A DNA stretch of 64,000 nt. Source: Candidatus Micrarchaeota archaeon. Lineage in GTDB: Archaea > Micrarchaeota > Micrarchaeia > Micrarchaeales > CABMGC01. This document shows positions 43,751 through 54,037 of this stretch, piece by piece. The notes below the pieces were generated by a model. That model did not search any database. It was not told where the DNA came from and was given only the letters and a program-made list of their open reading frames with translations. The first letter of the stretch is position 1; every line of letters begins with the position of its first letter. The translations under genes and the position numbers were made by a program. The stretch is taken from NCBI GenBank assembly GCA_027365725.1, contig DAHXMA010000012.1, positions 50,488-114,487 of the forward strand. Reading direction: 5' to 3'.

Positions 43751-44608
43751 TTACCTATGAAAATTTATAAAGTACATTGGAGCGACAATGCTATAAAACG
43801 CGACTATTCCAATCAAAACAGCAAAATATGCAACAATACCAAGTATTGGAACAAAACCAACCAACCCCCCAACAATCCCCGCGCACACAACAAAAACCCA
43901 GGCTATTACAAAAGTGCCAATTATGTTGCCCCACTCATTAACAAAAATGCGTAATCCATCATGCAAGGCTCTGGCCACGTCACGCTTTCCCAACACTATT
44001 AACGAAGGGCCAAGCCAGAAGACTCCGCTAACCAGCACTTCCACAACAATCCAAAGAAGAAACACTATTGCGTCAATTGTAAGGACTCCAAGGTCTAAAG
44101 CGAGGTGCGTGGCAGCATGCCCACCAGCCCCACTACCAAAAATAAGTCCCCAGGAATACAATAATACTGAAATAAACATCAAAAACACAAGCAGCCAAGC
44201 CGCCCCATAAACGCATTCGTATCCAAGAAGCGCAAAATACTTTTTTAAAGACGCCCCGAACGCTCTGCGCAGGGAAATCTTCCGTGACCCAAACTGATAG
44301 CACAGGTGCACATATGCCCCCCTGACCAACGTGTCAAGACACAACAGAACAACAATCCAAACTCCAATGATCAGGGCCGAAGCAGAAATGCCATTCCCCA
44401 GGCTTGCTATGATGCCTGACCCAGCGACGGCGAAAGAGTTTATCATGGAAAGTGCGATTGTGGCTAATGCAACCATATACACCGCCACAAGCAACAGTGC
44501 CGGTATCAAAGCCTTTGGTTGATTTAATATCGCCTTTACCGAAGAAGCACAAACATCAAATATATCCATGAGGAATTTCTGAGTATTCAAATTTAAAAGG
44601 TTTGCCAA
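43751..44608 (-). CDS. Multi-pass membrane protein, hypothetical
   Basis: 285 aa with about 6-7 hydrophobic helices. No family recognised. Confidence 0.5.
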   Translation of the reverse strand: MANLLNLNTQKFLMDIFDVCASSVKAILNQPKALIPALLLVAVYMVALATIALSMINSFAVAGSGIIASLGNGISASALIIGVWIVVLLCLDTLVRGAYVHLCYQFGSRKISLRRAFGASLKKYFALLGYECVYGAAWLLVFLMFISVLLYSWGLIFGSGAGGHAATHLALDLGVLTIDAIVFLLWIVVEVLVSGVFWLGPSLIVLGKRDVARALHDGLRIFVNEWGNIIGTFVIAWVFVVCAGIVGGLVGFVPILGIVAYFAVLIGIVAFYSIVAPMYFINFHR

Positions 44609-44626
44609 TCAGATATAGTCGATTAA

Positions 44627-45250
44627 ATGCTACTTGATGACTTCCGTAGCGGAATAATTGCAGTGCTTCATCCAAGCGGAATCACTTCAAAAATGACTGT
44701 GCGAAACGCCATTCTAACATATTATAAGTTTTCCGCAATACCCATGGTTCTTGCCTTGATAGTAGCACTTCTTATAAGCTCTTACCTTGCCACGATAGTT
44801 AGCCTATCTCCAACCAGCCAGCTGATTGGCGGCTCGGCTGCACTTACAATTGCTTTTTATAGGAAAGTCCTATTCCTCCTGGTGACTCTTCCAATATTAA
44901 TGCCGATATTCTTGCTCGTCCTTGCCGGAATAATGCATGCAATTGGAGGATCCCTGAAAATCTTTAAAGAGGGCTTCTCACGGACCTTCACTGCCGTCGT
45001 ATTTGCAAATTTCGCAACGCTTCTTTTTTGGTTCACATTCGTATCTTTAATAGACATCGGCGGAATAATCTACTTTGTGGCTTTCATTTACAGCATATAT
45101 GTTCTAGTGGTTGCACTCTCAAAACAGCACGAAATAACGAAGCTTAACGCATTTTTTGTAGGAGTCCTCTCATTTTTCGTGGTGCTAATAATACTTTCAC
45201 TGCTTTCGGCCGGATTTACATACGCCATTGCGTCTGCCGGCACGGCATGA
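44627..45250 (+). CDS. Multi-pass membrane protein, hypothetical (Yip1-like topology?)
   Basis: 207 aa with about 5 hydrophobic helices. Divergent from the 43751-44608 gene with an 18-nt spacer. Confidence 0.5.
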   Translation: MLLDDFRSGIIAVLHPSGITSKMTVRNAILTYYKFSAIPMVLALIVALLISSYLATIVSLSPTSQLIGGSAALTIAFYRKVLFLLVTLPILMPIFLLVLAGIMHAIGGSLKIFKEGFSRTFTAVVFANFATLLFWFTFVSLIDIGGIIYFVAFIYSIYVLVVALSKQHEITKLNAFFVGVLSFFVVLIILSLLSAGFTYAIASAGTA

Positions 45251-45385
45251 CCAGAACGGCCTGTTCTGCCACACCGCGCCCAAGCCCAAAGCGCAAAACG
45301 TTTTTATAGAAATGCCTGTCAATAACAAAACGATTGCGTGGAAAATAACAAACTGCAAAACGCCTCACTAGTGCCTGAGCCGCAC

Positions 45386-46366
45386 ATGCCGCAAGGCCTA
45401 GCGCAGACGATGAAAAAACAAGGCTACCATTTTGTCGGCCGCCATTCGGCAACAAAGATATGCAACTATACTGCAAGCAGCCTAAAAAAGAAAACCATAA
45501 ACCACACATGCTACAAACACAGATTCTACGGGATAAGGAGCTGGAGATGCATACAGGCTACCCCTGCCATAGGCTGCAATCTCGCATGCTCCTTCTGCTG
45601 GAGGATCATACCGGAGGAGGAAGGATTCAAGTGGAACGAGCTAAATGCCATCGGCGAATGGGACGATCCCGAAATGATTGTTGAGGGCCTTATAAAGGAG
45701 CATAAGCGGATAATAAGCGGCTACGGCGGGCATGCAGACGTTGACAAAGCCAGATGGGACGAGGCGCAGGATCCAGCACATGTCGCGCTAAGCCTCACGG
45801 GAGAGCCCCTTTTCTATCCAAAAATAAGCATGCTAATAGATGCATTTCACAAGCGCAAGATAAGTACATTCCTTGTAACCAACGGCACGATGGTAAACGC
45901 GCTAAAGAAGCTTACAACCCTCCCCACGCAGCTTTATGTTTCCGTGCAGGCACCAAACAAAGAGGTCTATGAAAAGGTCACCAGGCCAAAAACGCCAAAT
46001 GCCTGGAACAGCTTCCAAGAATTCCTAGATGTTTTCTCAAAGCTTCAAACAAGGCGTGTATTCAGGCTTACCCTGGTAAACGGGGTAAATATGGTAGACG
46101 CAGACGGATATGCAAAACTTATGGCAAAAGGCAAGCCCCACTATGTAGAAGTAAAGGGCTTCGTATATGTTGGAGGGGCCAGGAACAAGGAGCGCGGCCT
46201 GTCATATTCACAGATGCCTCGCAACGAAGACATACGCGCGTTTGCCGAAGAGATATCAAAAAAATCAGGATACATACTGGCAGACTATCACGAGAGCAGC
46301 AACATTGCATTATTGTGCTCTGACAGCGAAGCTGCAAGGAAAAGGATAATAGATTTTGAAAAATAG
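45386..46366 (+). CDS. taw1: tRNA 4-demethylwyosine synthase (radical SAM, Taw1/TYW1)
   Basis: KKQGYHFVGRHSATKICNYT...CYKHRFYGIRSWRCIQATPAIGCNLACSFCWR is typical of archaeal TYW1. Start is ATG 45386 or GTG 45338. Confidence 0.8.
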   Translation: MPQGLAQTMKKQGYHFVGRHSATKICNYTASSLKKKTINHTCYKHRFYGIRSWRCIQATPAIGCNLACSFCWRIIPEEEGFKWNELNAIGEWDDPEMIVEGLIKEHKRIISGYGGHADVDKARWDEAQDPAHVALSLTGEPLFYPKISMLIDAFHKRKISTFLVTNGTMVNALKKLTTLPTQLYVSVQAPNKEVYEKVTRPKTPNAWNSFQEFLDVFSKLQTRRVFRLTLVNGVNMVDADGYAKLMAKGKPHYVEVKGFVYVGGARNKERGLSYSQMPRNEDIRAFAEEISKKSGYILADYHESSNIALLCSDSEAARKRIIDFEK

Positions 46367-46377
46367 CCATCATTTTT

Positions 46378-47424
46378 ATGCCAAAGACGTTTAACATAGC
46401 CAAAGTAGACACAATAGGCAAAAAATCGGATTATAAGAAGGCGGTCCATTCTGCCCGTTCTGCTGTCTACACGATACTTGGGCTTAGCTTTATCGTATTC
46501 GTTGCAATAGCGGCAATAGCCATATCCAATGAAGGACTGTACAATTTTATCTCAACCCTAAAGTCAGTAAACATCCAGCTATACGCGCTTTCGCTTGTGA
46601 TAATATTCACAAGCTATACTATCCGATACCCGAAGTGGTCAATGTATCTTAAGAAGCTTGGAGTCAGACTGCCGTTTTCAAAGAACTACATAATCTACAT
46701 GTCAATGTATTCAATGGACATGACGCCCGGCCGCTGGGGCAGGGCCATAGTATCGTATACCATAAACATGCTAACAAAAATGCGGTTCGCAAAGACATTC
46801 CCTGCCGTAGTCGCCGACATATTCACCGATTTCCTCGGCTTCGCGGTGATAACAAACGCAATGGCAATTGTTGTTGGCAAATTCGTACTGCTCTCATTCC
46901 TGATAACCTTCCTGCTCATCGTGCCGTTTTTCTTCATCTACGTGCAAAGGCCTTTCGACTATGTAAAGACAAAATTCAAAATGTTCAGGAAAAAATTCAG
47001 GTTCCTAAAGCGGCTTGACATAATTTTCTATACAGCAACATTGTATTTCAAGCACAACAAAAAGCTTCGTGGAACTACCTTCTTATACTCAATGATATTT
47101 ACTATACCAAGCATGTTATTGAACGGCATGGCCTTTTACATCACAATACTCGCGTTTGGCGTGCCGCTCAGCCCCACCTTAATCCCGACAGTGCTCTTTA
47201 TATTCACGTTCTCGCTTGTTCTTGGAATGATATCTGGCATACCCGGTACCCTGGGAATAACCGATGCGGCAATGATAAGCCAATTGCAACTGTTCTTTCC
47301 TGCAACCATAACGCTTGGCCTTGCAGCCGCAATAACCATATTCTTCAGAATAGCAAGCGTGTGGTTTGTGCAGGGCTTCGGGTTTGTCTCACTATTATAC
47401 ACCATGAAGTACTGGAAGGACTGA
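46378..47424 (+). CDS. Multi-pass membrane protein, possibly UPF0104/LPG-synthase-TM (flippase-like) family
   Basis: 348 aa with about 8 helices. Overall layout resembles flippase-like domain proteins. Weak assignment. Confidence 0.45.
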   Translation: MPKTFNIAKVDTIGKKSDYKKAVHSARSAVYTILGLSFIVFVAIAAIAISNEGLYNFISTLKSVNIQLYALSLVIIFTSYTIRYPKWSMYLKKLGVRLPFSKNYIIYMSMYSMDMTPGRWGRAIVSYTINMLTKMRFAKTFPAVVADIFTDFLGFAVITNAMAIVVGKFVLLSFLITFLLIVPFFFIYVQRPFDYVKTKFKMFRKKFRFLKRLDIIFYTATLYFKHNKKLRGTTFLYSMIFTIPSMLLNGMAFYITILAFGVPLSPTLIPTVLFIFTFSLVLGMISGIPGTLGITDAAMISQLQLFFPATITLGLAAAITIFFRIASVWFVQGFGFVSLLYTMKYWKD

Positions 47425-47470
47425 CAAGCAATCAAATCCCACAAGCAAATTTTGTAGAATATAATTAAAT

Positions 47471-47815
47471 ATGAAAACCTCACACAACAAAGTGGTTTGT
47501 ATGGCTTTAAACATGAAGACCGCAGCCGCACCAACGGACAGAGCAATGGATAGTCCCGCAGCGATGCTCAAGCGTGTAAACGCCGACGCAGAAAAGTGCG
47601 AGTGGGACAGCGGCAAGTCTAAGGTATATTCAAGGGCAGAAGCCCAAGCCGTAAGGCTTAGCGGGGCATGCTACCGGAGTTCACGCCTTAAAGATGGAAT
47701 TGAATATGAAAAACTCGCTTCTGTATTTGCCAAAAAGGCTGCAGAGCTTAGCTTTAGATCCCTCAGGCAGGAAAAACCAGAAAACAGCAATTTAAAATCA
47801 GTAATCAGGTGCTGA
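47471..47815 (+). CDS. Hypothetical protein
   Basis: 114-aa ORF with no recognisable family. 3' end overlaps the convergent dph5 by 18 nt. Coding status uncertain. Confidence 0.3.
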   Translation: MKTSHNKVVCMALNMKTAAAPTDRAMDSPAAMLKRVNADAEKCEWDSGKSKVYSRAEAQAVRLSGACYRSSRLKDGIEYEKLASVFAKKAAELSFRSLRQEKPENSNLKSVIRC

Positions 47816-48568
47816 GCTATAAAACAGCCGCAGCATCTCCTCCTCTGCGAAGTTTGGCTTGCACGGAACAATCATGCACGAAGCTGCAGGCGCATCCTGC
47901 TTAATTCCACGTGCTGAATGGAATTCCGTATAAACTATCTTTCGCAAGTCAGTTCCAATGCCGGTGAGGAACATAACCCTGGTTTTGTCGTCCAGTACCT
48001 TTTTGCCACCGTCCTGAGCAGACGTTATTATTCCGTATGCCTCCTCTATTTTCATAGGCACCCCATCTCGTATGTCAAACAAAACCAGCGTATGTTGCCC
48101 ATTATTAATATTCCCACTTATCGTATCAAGAAATGACCTTGGCTTGTACTTTTCTGTCCAGAAAGGCACAGTGGTGGTTGGCCCAAACCTATAAACGTCA
48201 AGCCCGCTTTCCCCAATTGCAGCGGACAGGATCGATGGCGCATGCACTACATCATACGCTATTCCAAGCCGTGCAGCTTCAATAAGCAGTATGTGGTGGG
48301 TCGTGGCAATTAATGGATCCCCAGGCACCAGTATTGTAAGCAGGCCGTTTTTTGCAGGCTCAAGGGTGATACCAGCCTTCTCCTCCATGTCACTTCTCCC
48401 TATCTTCCTTATCTTTCTGCCACACTCCCTCTCTATGAATTCTACTGCCCCTTCAGGAATTATCGATGTATAGCAATCGATAAGGACGGCATCTGAAACC
48501 TTTATTATATCAATGGCTTTTGCAGAAATATCGCCCGCATCCAAGCCAATGCCCACAAGAGCAAGCAT
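47798..48568 (-). CDS. dph5: Diphthine synthase
   Basis: MLALVGIGLDAGDISAKAIDIIKVSDAVLIDCYTS...VPGDPLIATTH is the tetrapyrrole-methylase fold of Dph5. Confidence 0.85.
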   Translation of the reverse strand: MLALVGIGLDAGDISAKAIDIIKVSDAVLIDCYTSIIPEGAVEFIERECGRKIRKIGRSDMEEKAGITLEPAKNGLLTILVPGDPLIATTHHILLIEAARLGIAYDVVHAPSILSAAIGESGLDVYRFGPTTTVPFWTEKYKPRSFLDTISGNINNGQHTLVLFDIRDGVPMKIEEAYGIITSAQDGGKKVLDDKTRVMFLTGIGTDLRKIVYTEFHSARGIKQDAPAASCMIVPCKPNFAEEEMLRLFYSSAPDY

Positions 48569-48578
48569 CTAATCCCAA

Positions 48579-49529
48579 TCAGTCGCTTATTCCTTCTGGA
48601 GTTATCTTTATAACCGCCTCTCCCTCAGGCAGGTTCGGAGAGTCAACGAGCCTTACTATGCGCTTATCCTCCTTGCTTTTGCGCATATAAAGCCTAGTTG
48701 TTGCAGCGTGAGCAACTATATTTCCGCCAACAGGAGTCGTAGGATCACCAAAAAGTATTGCCGGATTATCCATAACCTGGTTTGTTATGTATACTGCAAG
48801 GTCAAAGGTATCGGCAAGCTTCTGCAACTTGTGTATATGCATGTTCAATTTGCCTTGCCTTTCATTAAGCGCCCCCCGGCCTATGAATTCTGACCTGAAC
48901 AGCGACATAAGCGAATCTACCACTATCAGCTTTATGTTTTCCTCCCTCACCAGCTTGTCAGCCCTCTCAACCGCAAGTATCTGCTGGTCAGTGGTTGTTG
49001 CCCTTACAACAAGTATGCCTTCAAGCGCATGCTTCGGGTCAAGCCCTTCTGCCTTAGCCATCTGCTCTATTCGGTCGGGTCTGAATGTCCCTTCAGTGTC
49101 TATGAAAAGCGTCTTTCCTCCAAGCCCCCCGCTTTCGACAGGCTTCTGCACATTTACCGATAGCTGGAAGCCGAACTGCGTCTTTCCTGAAGCAAATTTT
49201 CCATACGCTTCGGTTATTGCATTTGCTTCTACCCCTCCTCCAAGCAGGTCATCAAGGCTTTTTGCACCTGTCTTTATTTTACCCAAAGCCATTCTCTTAT
49301 CGTTTACTTCGGATGCGGTCTTGTATTCCAACGTTGTTGCCTGCTTTGCGGCATCCACAGCCTGCTTTGCAGCTTCAAGCTTCATTCCCGCAACCTCAAC
49401 AAGCTCATGTGGCGATGCAGTTGCAATCTTTTCTATGTTATCATATCCAAGCTGTTTAAGCTTTTCAGCAGTGGTTGGCCCTACCCCAGGCAGGTCTTCA
49501 AGCTCCTTTACACCTTTTTCCTTAGCCAT
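48579..49529 (-). CDS. radA: DNA repair and recombination protein RadA
   Basis: HhH N-domain (LEDLPGVGPTTAEKLKQLGY), Walker A (GKFASGKTQ), Walker B (LIVVDSL). Confidence 0.95.
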   Translation of the reverse strand: MAKEKGVKELEDLPGVGPTTAEKLKQLGYDNIEKIATASPHELVEVAGMKLEAAKQAVDAAKQATTLEYKTASEVNDKRMALGKIKTGAKSLDDLLGGGVEANAITEAYGKFASGKTQFGFQLSVNVQKPVESGGLGGKTLFIDTEGTFRPDRIEQMAKAEGLDPKHALEGILVVRATTTDQQILAVERADKLVREENIKLIVVDSLMSLFRSEFIGRGALNERQGKLNMHIHKLQKLADTFDLAVYITNQVMDNPAILFGDPTTPVGGNIVAHAATTRLYMRKSKEDKRIVRLVDSPNLPEGEAVIKITPEGISD

Positions 49530-49967
49530 TCACTGCACCAAAATGAGTTCAAGATTAGTGAGATTAATTACGCAGCGAAGAAATATAAAGCCGCTTGGGA
49601 GCCCGCAAAACAGGCATTCTGCCACAGCCAAGTTAAATCATAATCAAGACAGATACGATCCAAGGGCAGATAAAAGGAAGAGGCCAGCAACACGCATAAA
49701 TGCTTGTGCTGGCAAGGCGACCAGTTATACTCCTCCATGATAGAGAACTCGTACTTTACTATGCCATAATGCCTTTAAAAAACTTCCTGAATAGTGGAAT
49801 TTACGGTCCAATATTCCATAAGTTTGAAACATAAACATGTGGCTGCGGCATCATGAAACTCTATAGCTGCGGCCAAAAACCGCTATAAGCAAGCCAGGCA
49901 ACGTCTTGCAAGCCAAAGTCGACTTTCCTGCAAACATTATAAATAATATTCACGCAAAGAACTAACT

Positions 49968-50654
49968 ATGGCATCCATATTCACCCTTGACCTTGGCGGT
50001 GTATTGTTGGCGATAATATTCGGCGTTGCAACATTCTACTTCGGACTGCAGCTATGGTGGTTTTTTATAGCTCTACTTATAGATTTTCTAGTTCTATCTT
50101 CAATAGTGACAAAAGCAAGGGAGCAGGAAAAGACCGGAATCAGGGGCTACGGCAAGGTCAGGGGATGGAAAAATGTCGTGGCTAATGGCCTTGTCCCGGT
50201 AATTGTCGTATTGGCATATTTCATCTACATAAACTTTATAGGAATCTCACCGATTCATGAAACATACGTGGTTTTCTCCTTCATAGCCGCAGTATCAGCA
50301 ATAACCGCAGACAAGTTTGCAAGTGAGCTTGGTGTCTTCGGGCCCCAGCCAGTAGACATCCTAACAAGGCGCAAAGTGCGCAAAGGCACATCTGGTGGTG
50401 TGACCTGGGTAGGATCTCTTTTTGGCTTAATTGGCGCAGCGCTTATAGCAGCAAACGCGTTTGCATTGGGAGCATCAATATACATCTTCGCTATAATAAT
50501 AATCTCCGGAGCAATAGGGAACATAATAGACTCGATATTCGGGCATTTTGAGGAAAAAGGAATTGGAAATAAGTACACTTCAAACATACTATGTTCCATA
50601 GCCGGTGCAATATCGTGCGCCTTGCTGCTCTTGTACATAATGCCATATCTGTAA
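49968..50654 (+). CDS. DUF92/TMEM19-family integral membrane protein
   Basis: NVVANGLVP, DKFASELG and GTSGGVTWVGSLFG motifs, as recalled for the DUF92 (TIGR00297) family. Confidence 0.6.
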   Translation: MASIFTLDLGGVLLAIIFGVATFYFGLQLWWFFIALLIDFLVLSSIVTKAREQEKTGIRGYGKVRGWKNVVANGLVPVIVVLAYFIYINFIGISPIHETYVVFSFIAAVSAITADKFASELGVFGPQPVDILTRRKVRKGTSGGVTWVGSLFGLIGAALIAANAFALGASIYIFAIIIISGAIGNIIDSIFGHFEEKGIGNKYTSNILCSIAGAISCALLLLYIMPYL

Positions 50655-50709
50655 CTAAGATCGCCAGAGCCGCAAGCCTGATGCAGATGCCAATGCAAGG
50701 TCGAAACCA

Positions 50710-51582
50710 ATGACGCAGACACCAAGACAAATAGATTTTACTGACCCGGACAGGAAAGTCAGCCTGGCCGAGCTCAAATCCATCGCATCTGCAGTAAGGC
50801 ACGACATAATTGCAATGCTCGGCGAATCAAAATCAGGCCACCCTGGCGGATCACTTAGCTGCACAGATATCCTCGTGTCACTATATTTCAAAAAGATGAG
50901 GCATGACCCAAGCAATCCAAAGTGGCCAATGCGCGACAGGCTTCTACTATCAAAAGGCCACGCAGCCCCAGCGCTTTATGCTACCCTATCTGAAGCCGGA
51001 TATTTCGCAAAAAGCGAGCTTAGCACATTAAGAAAACTTAATACGCGGCTCCAGGGCCACCCAGATCCAACGAAGCTTCCTGGCGTGGAGATACCTGGCG
51101 GACCTGAAGGCATAGGCCTTTCCGAAGGCATAGGGATGGCCATAGCTTCGAACATTGAACGCGACGGCGTGAAGATATACGTTATACTTGGCGACGGAGA
51201 GCTGGATGAAGGGGAAATTTGGGAGGCGGCAATGGCCGCGCCAAAATTCAGGCTAAGCAATCTTGTAGCCATAGTGGATCTTAACGGCCTTCAGCAGGAG
51301 GGCAGGACCGGAGATATAATGCCATCATCACCTGTCCCTGAAAAATTCAGGGCCTTCAACTGGAATGTGATAGAAACTGACGGAAATGACATAGACTCTG
51401 TGCTGGGCGCATTGGAAAATGCAGGCAAAAACACGTCAGGCCCAACAGTAATAATAGCAAAAACGACCAAGGGCAAAGGTGTAAGCTTCATGGAAAACAA
51501 TGTAGAATACCACAGCAAGACGCTTACCCCAGAACTTGTCGAAGCGGCGCTGAAACAGGTAGACGGCCAAAGGGTAGTATGA
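50710..51582 (+). CDS. tktA: Transketolase, N-terminal subunit
   Basis: GHPGGSLS, SKGHAAPALYA, GSLGQ-equivalent GPEGIGLSEGIGMA, GDGELDEGEIWEA. Confidence 0.9.
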   Translation: MTQTPRQIDFTDPDRKVSLAELKSIASAVRHDIIAMLGESKSGHPGGSLSCTDILVSLYFKKMRHDPSNPKWPMRDRLLLSKGHAAPALYATLSEAGYFAKSELSTLRKLNTRLQGHPDPTKLPGVEIPGGPEGIGLSEGIGMAIASNIERDGVKIYVILGDGELDEGEIWEAAMAAPKFRLSNLVAIVDLNGLQQEGRTGDIMPSSPVPEKFRAFNWNVIETDGNDIDSVLGALENAGKNTSGPTVIIAKTTKGKGVSFMENNVEYHSKTLTPELVEAALKQVDGQRVV

Positions 51583-52509
51583 ATGGATGCTGCAAAAGAG
51601 TCACTGCGGGAGGCTTATGGCGCAGTGCTTGAAGAGATAGGGTCCGATATCAACGTTGCAGTCGTAGGCGCAGACACCACAGAATCGCTCTGCACCAGCG
51701 GATTTGGCAAGAAATATCCCAGCCGGTTCTTCAATGTCGGAATAGCAGAGCAGAACATGGTTGGCATTTCCGCAGGCCTTGCGCTCTATGGAAAAACTGT
51801 GTTCTGCGGCACATATTCTGTATTCATGGAGCGCGCAATAGACCAGATACGCAACACCATAGCGTACTGCAACCTTGACGTAAAGATGGTATGCTCGCAT
51901 GCGGGAATATCCGTAGGACCGGACGGCGGCAGCCACCAGACAATAGAAGACATAGCTATAATGAGGTCAATACCAAGAATGAGCGTAATGGTGCCTTCAG
52001 ATGCATATTCAACAAAAATGCTTGTCCATCAGGCCTATTCCACAAAAGGTCCGTTTTACATAAGGCTTTCGCGCTCCAGCCTTCCTGCGCAATATCGCTC
52101 CGGTGAAATGCCAATAGGCAAATCCAATGTGATAATGGAAGGAAGCGACATATCCATACTCGCATGTGGTATCATGGTGCCAGAGGCATTAGCAGCAGCG
52201 CAGGAACTGCAGAAAGAAGGCATATCATCAAGGGTTATAGACATGTATTCGATAAAGCCAATAGACACCGCCGCAATACTGCAAGCCGCAAAAGACACAG
52301 GAAGGATAATAACTGCAGAAGACCACAACATAATAGGAGGATTGGGATCCGCAGTTGCAGAAACAATATCAACTGCACATCCTGTGAAATTAGGCATGAT
52401 TGGGGTAAAAGACAGATTCGGCGAATCAGGCACGCCGCAGGAGCTCATGGCAAAATACAATATATCTTCCCTAGATATAATAAACATGGCAAAAGGAATG
52501 ATGCAATGA
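51583..52509 (+). CDS. tktB: Transketolase, C-terminal subunit
   Basis: FFNVGIAEQNMVGISAGLA...HAGISVGPDGGSHQ. Starts directly after the N-subunit stop. Confidence 0.9.
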   Translation: MDAAKESLREAYGAVLEEIGSDINVAVVGADTTESLCTSGFGKKYPSRFFNVGIAEQNMVGISAGLALYGKTVFCGTYSVFMERAIDQIRNTIAYCNLDVKMVCSHAGISVGPDGGSHQTIEDIAIMRSIPRMSVMVPSDAYSTKMLVHQAYSTKGPFYIRLSRSSLPAQYRSGEMPIGKSNVIMEGSDISILACGIMVPEALAAAQELQKEGISSRVIDMYSIKPIDTAAILQAAKDTGRIITAEDHNIIGGLGSAVAETISTAHPVKLGMIGVKDRFGESGTPQELMAKYNISSLDIINMAKGMMQ

Positions 52510-53168
52510 AAATATTCATAGATAGTGCAAACATACGGCTTATAGACTCTTTCATGGGCATGGGTATAGTCGACGGTGTCACAACAAATCCATCCTTGCT
52601 TGCAAAGGAAAACTCAGACCCCACAGTGCAGGTAAAAAAAATCCTTAAGCTGGTGCCAGGGCACGTGAGCATAGAGGTTGTGTCAACAGAGTACGAAAAG
52701 ATGGTAAGGGAGGCCACTGCAATATCAAGGCTCGGCCGAAATGCCGTTGCAAAAATTCCCATGACAAAAGACGGCATGCGCGCCGTAAGGACATTATCAA
52801 ATGCAGGAGTAAAAACAAACGTTACCTTAATATTTTCATCAGCGCAGGCCATACTTGCTGCCAAGGCAGGCGCAACCTACGCAAGCCCTTTCATCGGACG
52901 GCTTGATGACATAGGAACAAACGGCATGGAGCTTGCAAGGGATATCATAAGCATTTACCGCAACTATTCGATAAAGACCAAGGTGCTTGTTGCAAGCATA
53001 AGGAACCCAATGCACGTAATAGATGCTGCCAAGGCAGGAGCCGACGTGGTGACACTCCCTCCAGAGATCCTGAGCCTGATGTTCTCCCACCCACTTACAG
53101 ACTCCGGACTTAAAAAGTTCCTCTTAGACTGGAGCGGGCTTGCAGCAAAATTCAAAAAGTGGTTCTAG
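52506..53168 (+). CDS. tal: Transaldolase / fructose-6-phosphate aldolase family (short TalC-type)
   Basis: MKIFIDSANI...VDGVTTNPSL...IKIP.T..G...NVTLIFS...ASPFIGRLDD. ATGA overlap with the tktB stop. The ORF-track N-terminal extension (52164-) is an artefact. Confidence 0.9.
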   Translation: MKIFIDSANIRLIDSFMGMGIVDGVTTNPSLLAKENSDPTVQVKKILKLVPGHVSIEVVSTEYEKMVREATAISRLGRNAVAKIPMTKDGMRAVRTLSNAGVKTNVTLIFSSAQAILAAKAGATYASPFIGRLDDIGTNGMELARDIISIYRNYSIKTKVLVASIRNPMHVIDAAKAGADVVTLPPEILSLMFSHPLTDSGLKKFLLDWSGLAAKFKKWF

Positions 53169-53170
53169 GC

Positions 53171-54037
53171 CTATATGCCTATTATGATAAATATAAGGTT
53201 GCCAAACAGCAGAGAAACAACCACGCCAATGAATATGAACACAGAAAACGGAACAGAGTCCCTGTATACGGGAAGCTTAATCCTTGAGCCAGAAAGCTCC
53301 TTTATGACGTTCTTCGTTGCAAGCCTTCCAAAATGCCTGCTCCTCTTTGCCAAAGCCGCCAGGGACCGTTTGTCAAGCAGGTTTACCGCTATCATGTCGC
53401 CATGCTCAAGCTCTCCTGGCCGTATGAAGTCAACCATGCCCAGATATATGTATTTTTCATAAATAAGTACGAACGCAGACGCAACGGCAAGAACTATTAT
53501 CAGTATTTCCCCAGCAAGCGCCATCCCGTATGCATACTGCAAAAGTATTGTAAACACTATATATGCCGCAATAAGCGCAATCGCAGGCCTCACCTTCTTC
53601 ATATCGGGCCTAGGAGGCTTTCCTCTCCTGCCCTTTATCCCTACATAATATATCGGTATGAACAGTAGCGAAAAATACCCCGCTGCCACTATCACCGATA
53701 TTATGAATGGTATGCCGAACTGATAGCTGCTGCTGTAAAACGGAGTAAGCTGCCTTGGCAGCACAAGAGATATGAATACAAATTCTATGACGTCGCCTCC
53801 ACCCAGCAGACCACCCCTGTAGAAAACGTATCCAAACGCGCCTATTACGCCAGCCACAACAATGTCAAAAACAAGCGCAGTGCCGAAATTGAGTGCAACT
53901 GCAACTGCAATACCTATTGCCAAGCTGAGGTATACGAACCAGTTAGGCACATTCCTTCTATTAAATACGTCGTAAAACGCGTATATCAGGGTTACAATAA
54001 CGAGTATCGTAATCTCTATTTCCTTATAAACAATCAT
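53171..54037 (-). CDS. A24-family prepilin/preflagellin peptidase (FlaK/PibD-like)
   Basis: Two catalytic-Asp motifs in TM context: AFYDVFNRRNVPNWF and LLGGGDVIEF. Polytopic membrane protein. Start taken at MIVYKEIE. Confidence 0.65.
   Translation of the reverse strand: MIVYKEIEITILVIVTLIYAFYDVFNRRNVPNWFVYLSLAIGIAVAVALNFGTALVFDIVVAGVIGAFGYVFYRGGLLGGGDVIEFVFISLVLPRQLTPFYSSSYQFGIPFIISVIVAAGYFSLLFIPIYYVGIKGRRGKPPRPDMKKVRPAIALIAAYIVFTILLQYAYGMALAGEILIIVLAVASAFVLIYEKYIYLGMVDFIRPGELEHGDMIAVNLLDKRSLAALAKRSRHFGRLATKNVIKELSGSRIKLPVYRDSVPFSVFIFIGVVVSLLFGNLIFIIIGI

Noticed and set aside
48787-49740. 317-aa ORF on the + strand.
   Set aside because: It lies entirely antisense to radA, which has unmistakable RecA-family motifs. 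Its translation is low-complexity (S/P/C/F-rich), typical of a shadow ORF. The same reasoning rejects other long antisense ORFs: 7595-8206, 17756-18346, 40861-41349, 11434-11907, 62865-63434, 9318-9818 and 4440-4979.
49543-49740. 65-aa highly basic ORF (MSSRLVRLITQRRNIKPLGSPQ...) in the radA upstream spacer, as a small protein gene.
   Set aside because: It has no recognisable family or convincing RBS/promoter spacing, and it is the tail of the radA-antisense shadow ORF. It is kept only as a note within the long-spacer finding.
52164-52505. N-terminal 114-aa extension of the transaldolase ORF in the ORF track.
   Set aside because: It overlaps the 3' half of the transketolase C-subunit gene in another frame and is R/H/N-rich nonsense. 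The conserved MKIFIDSAN start at 52506, with an ATGA overlap, is the real start.
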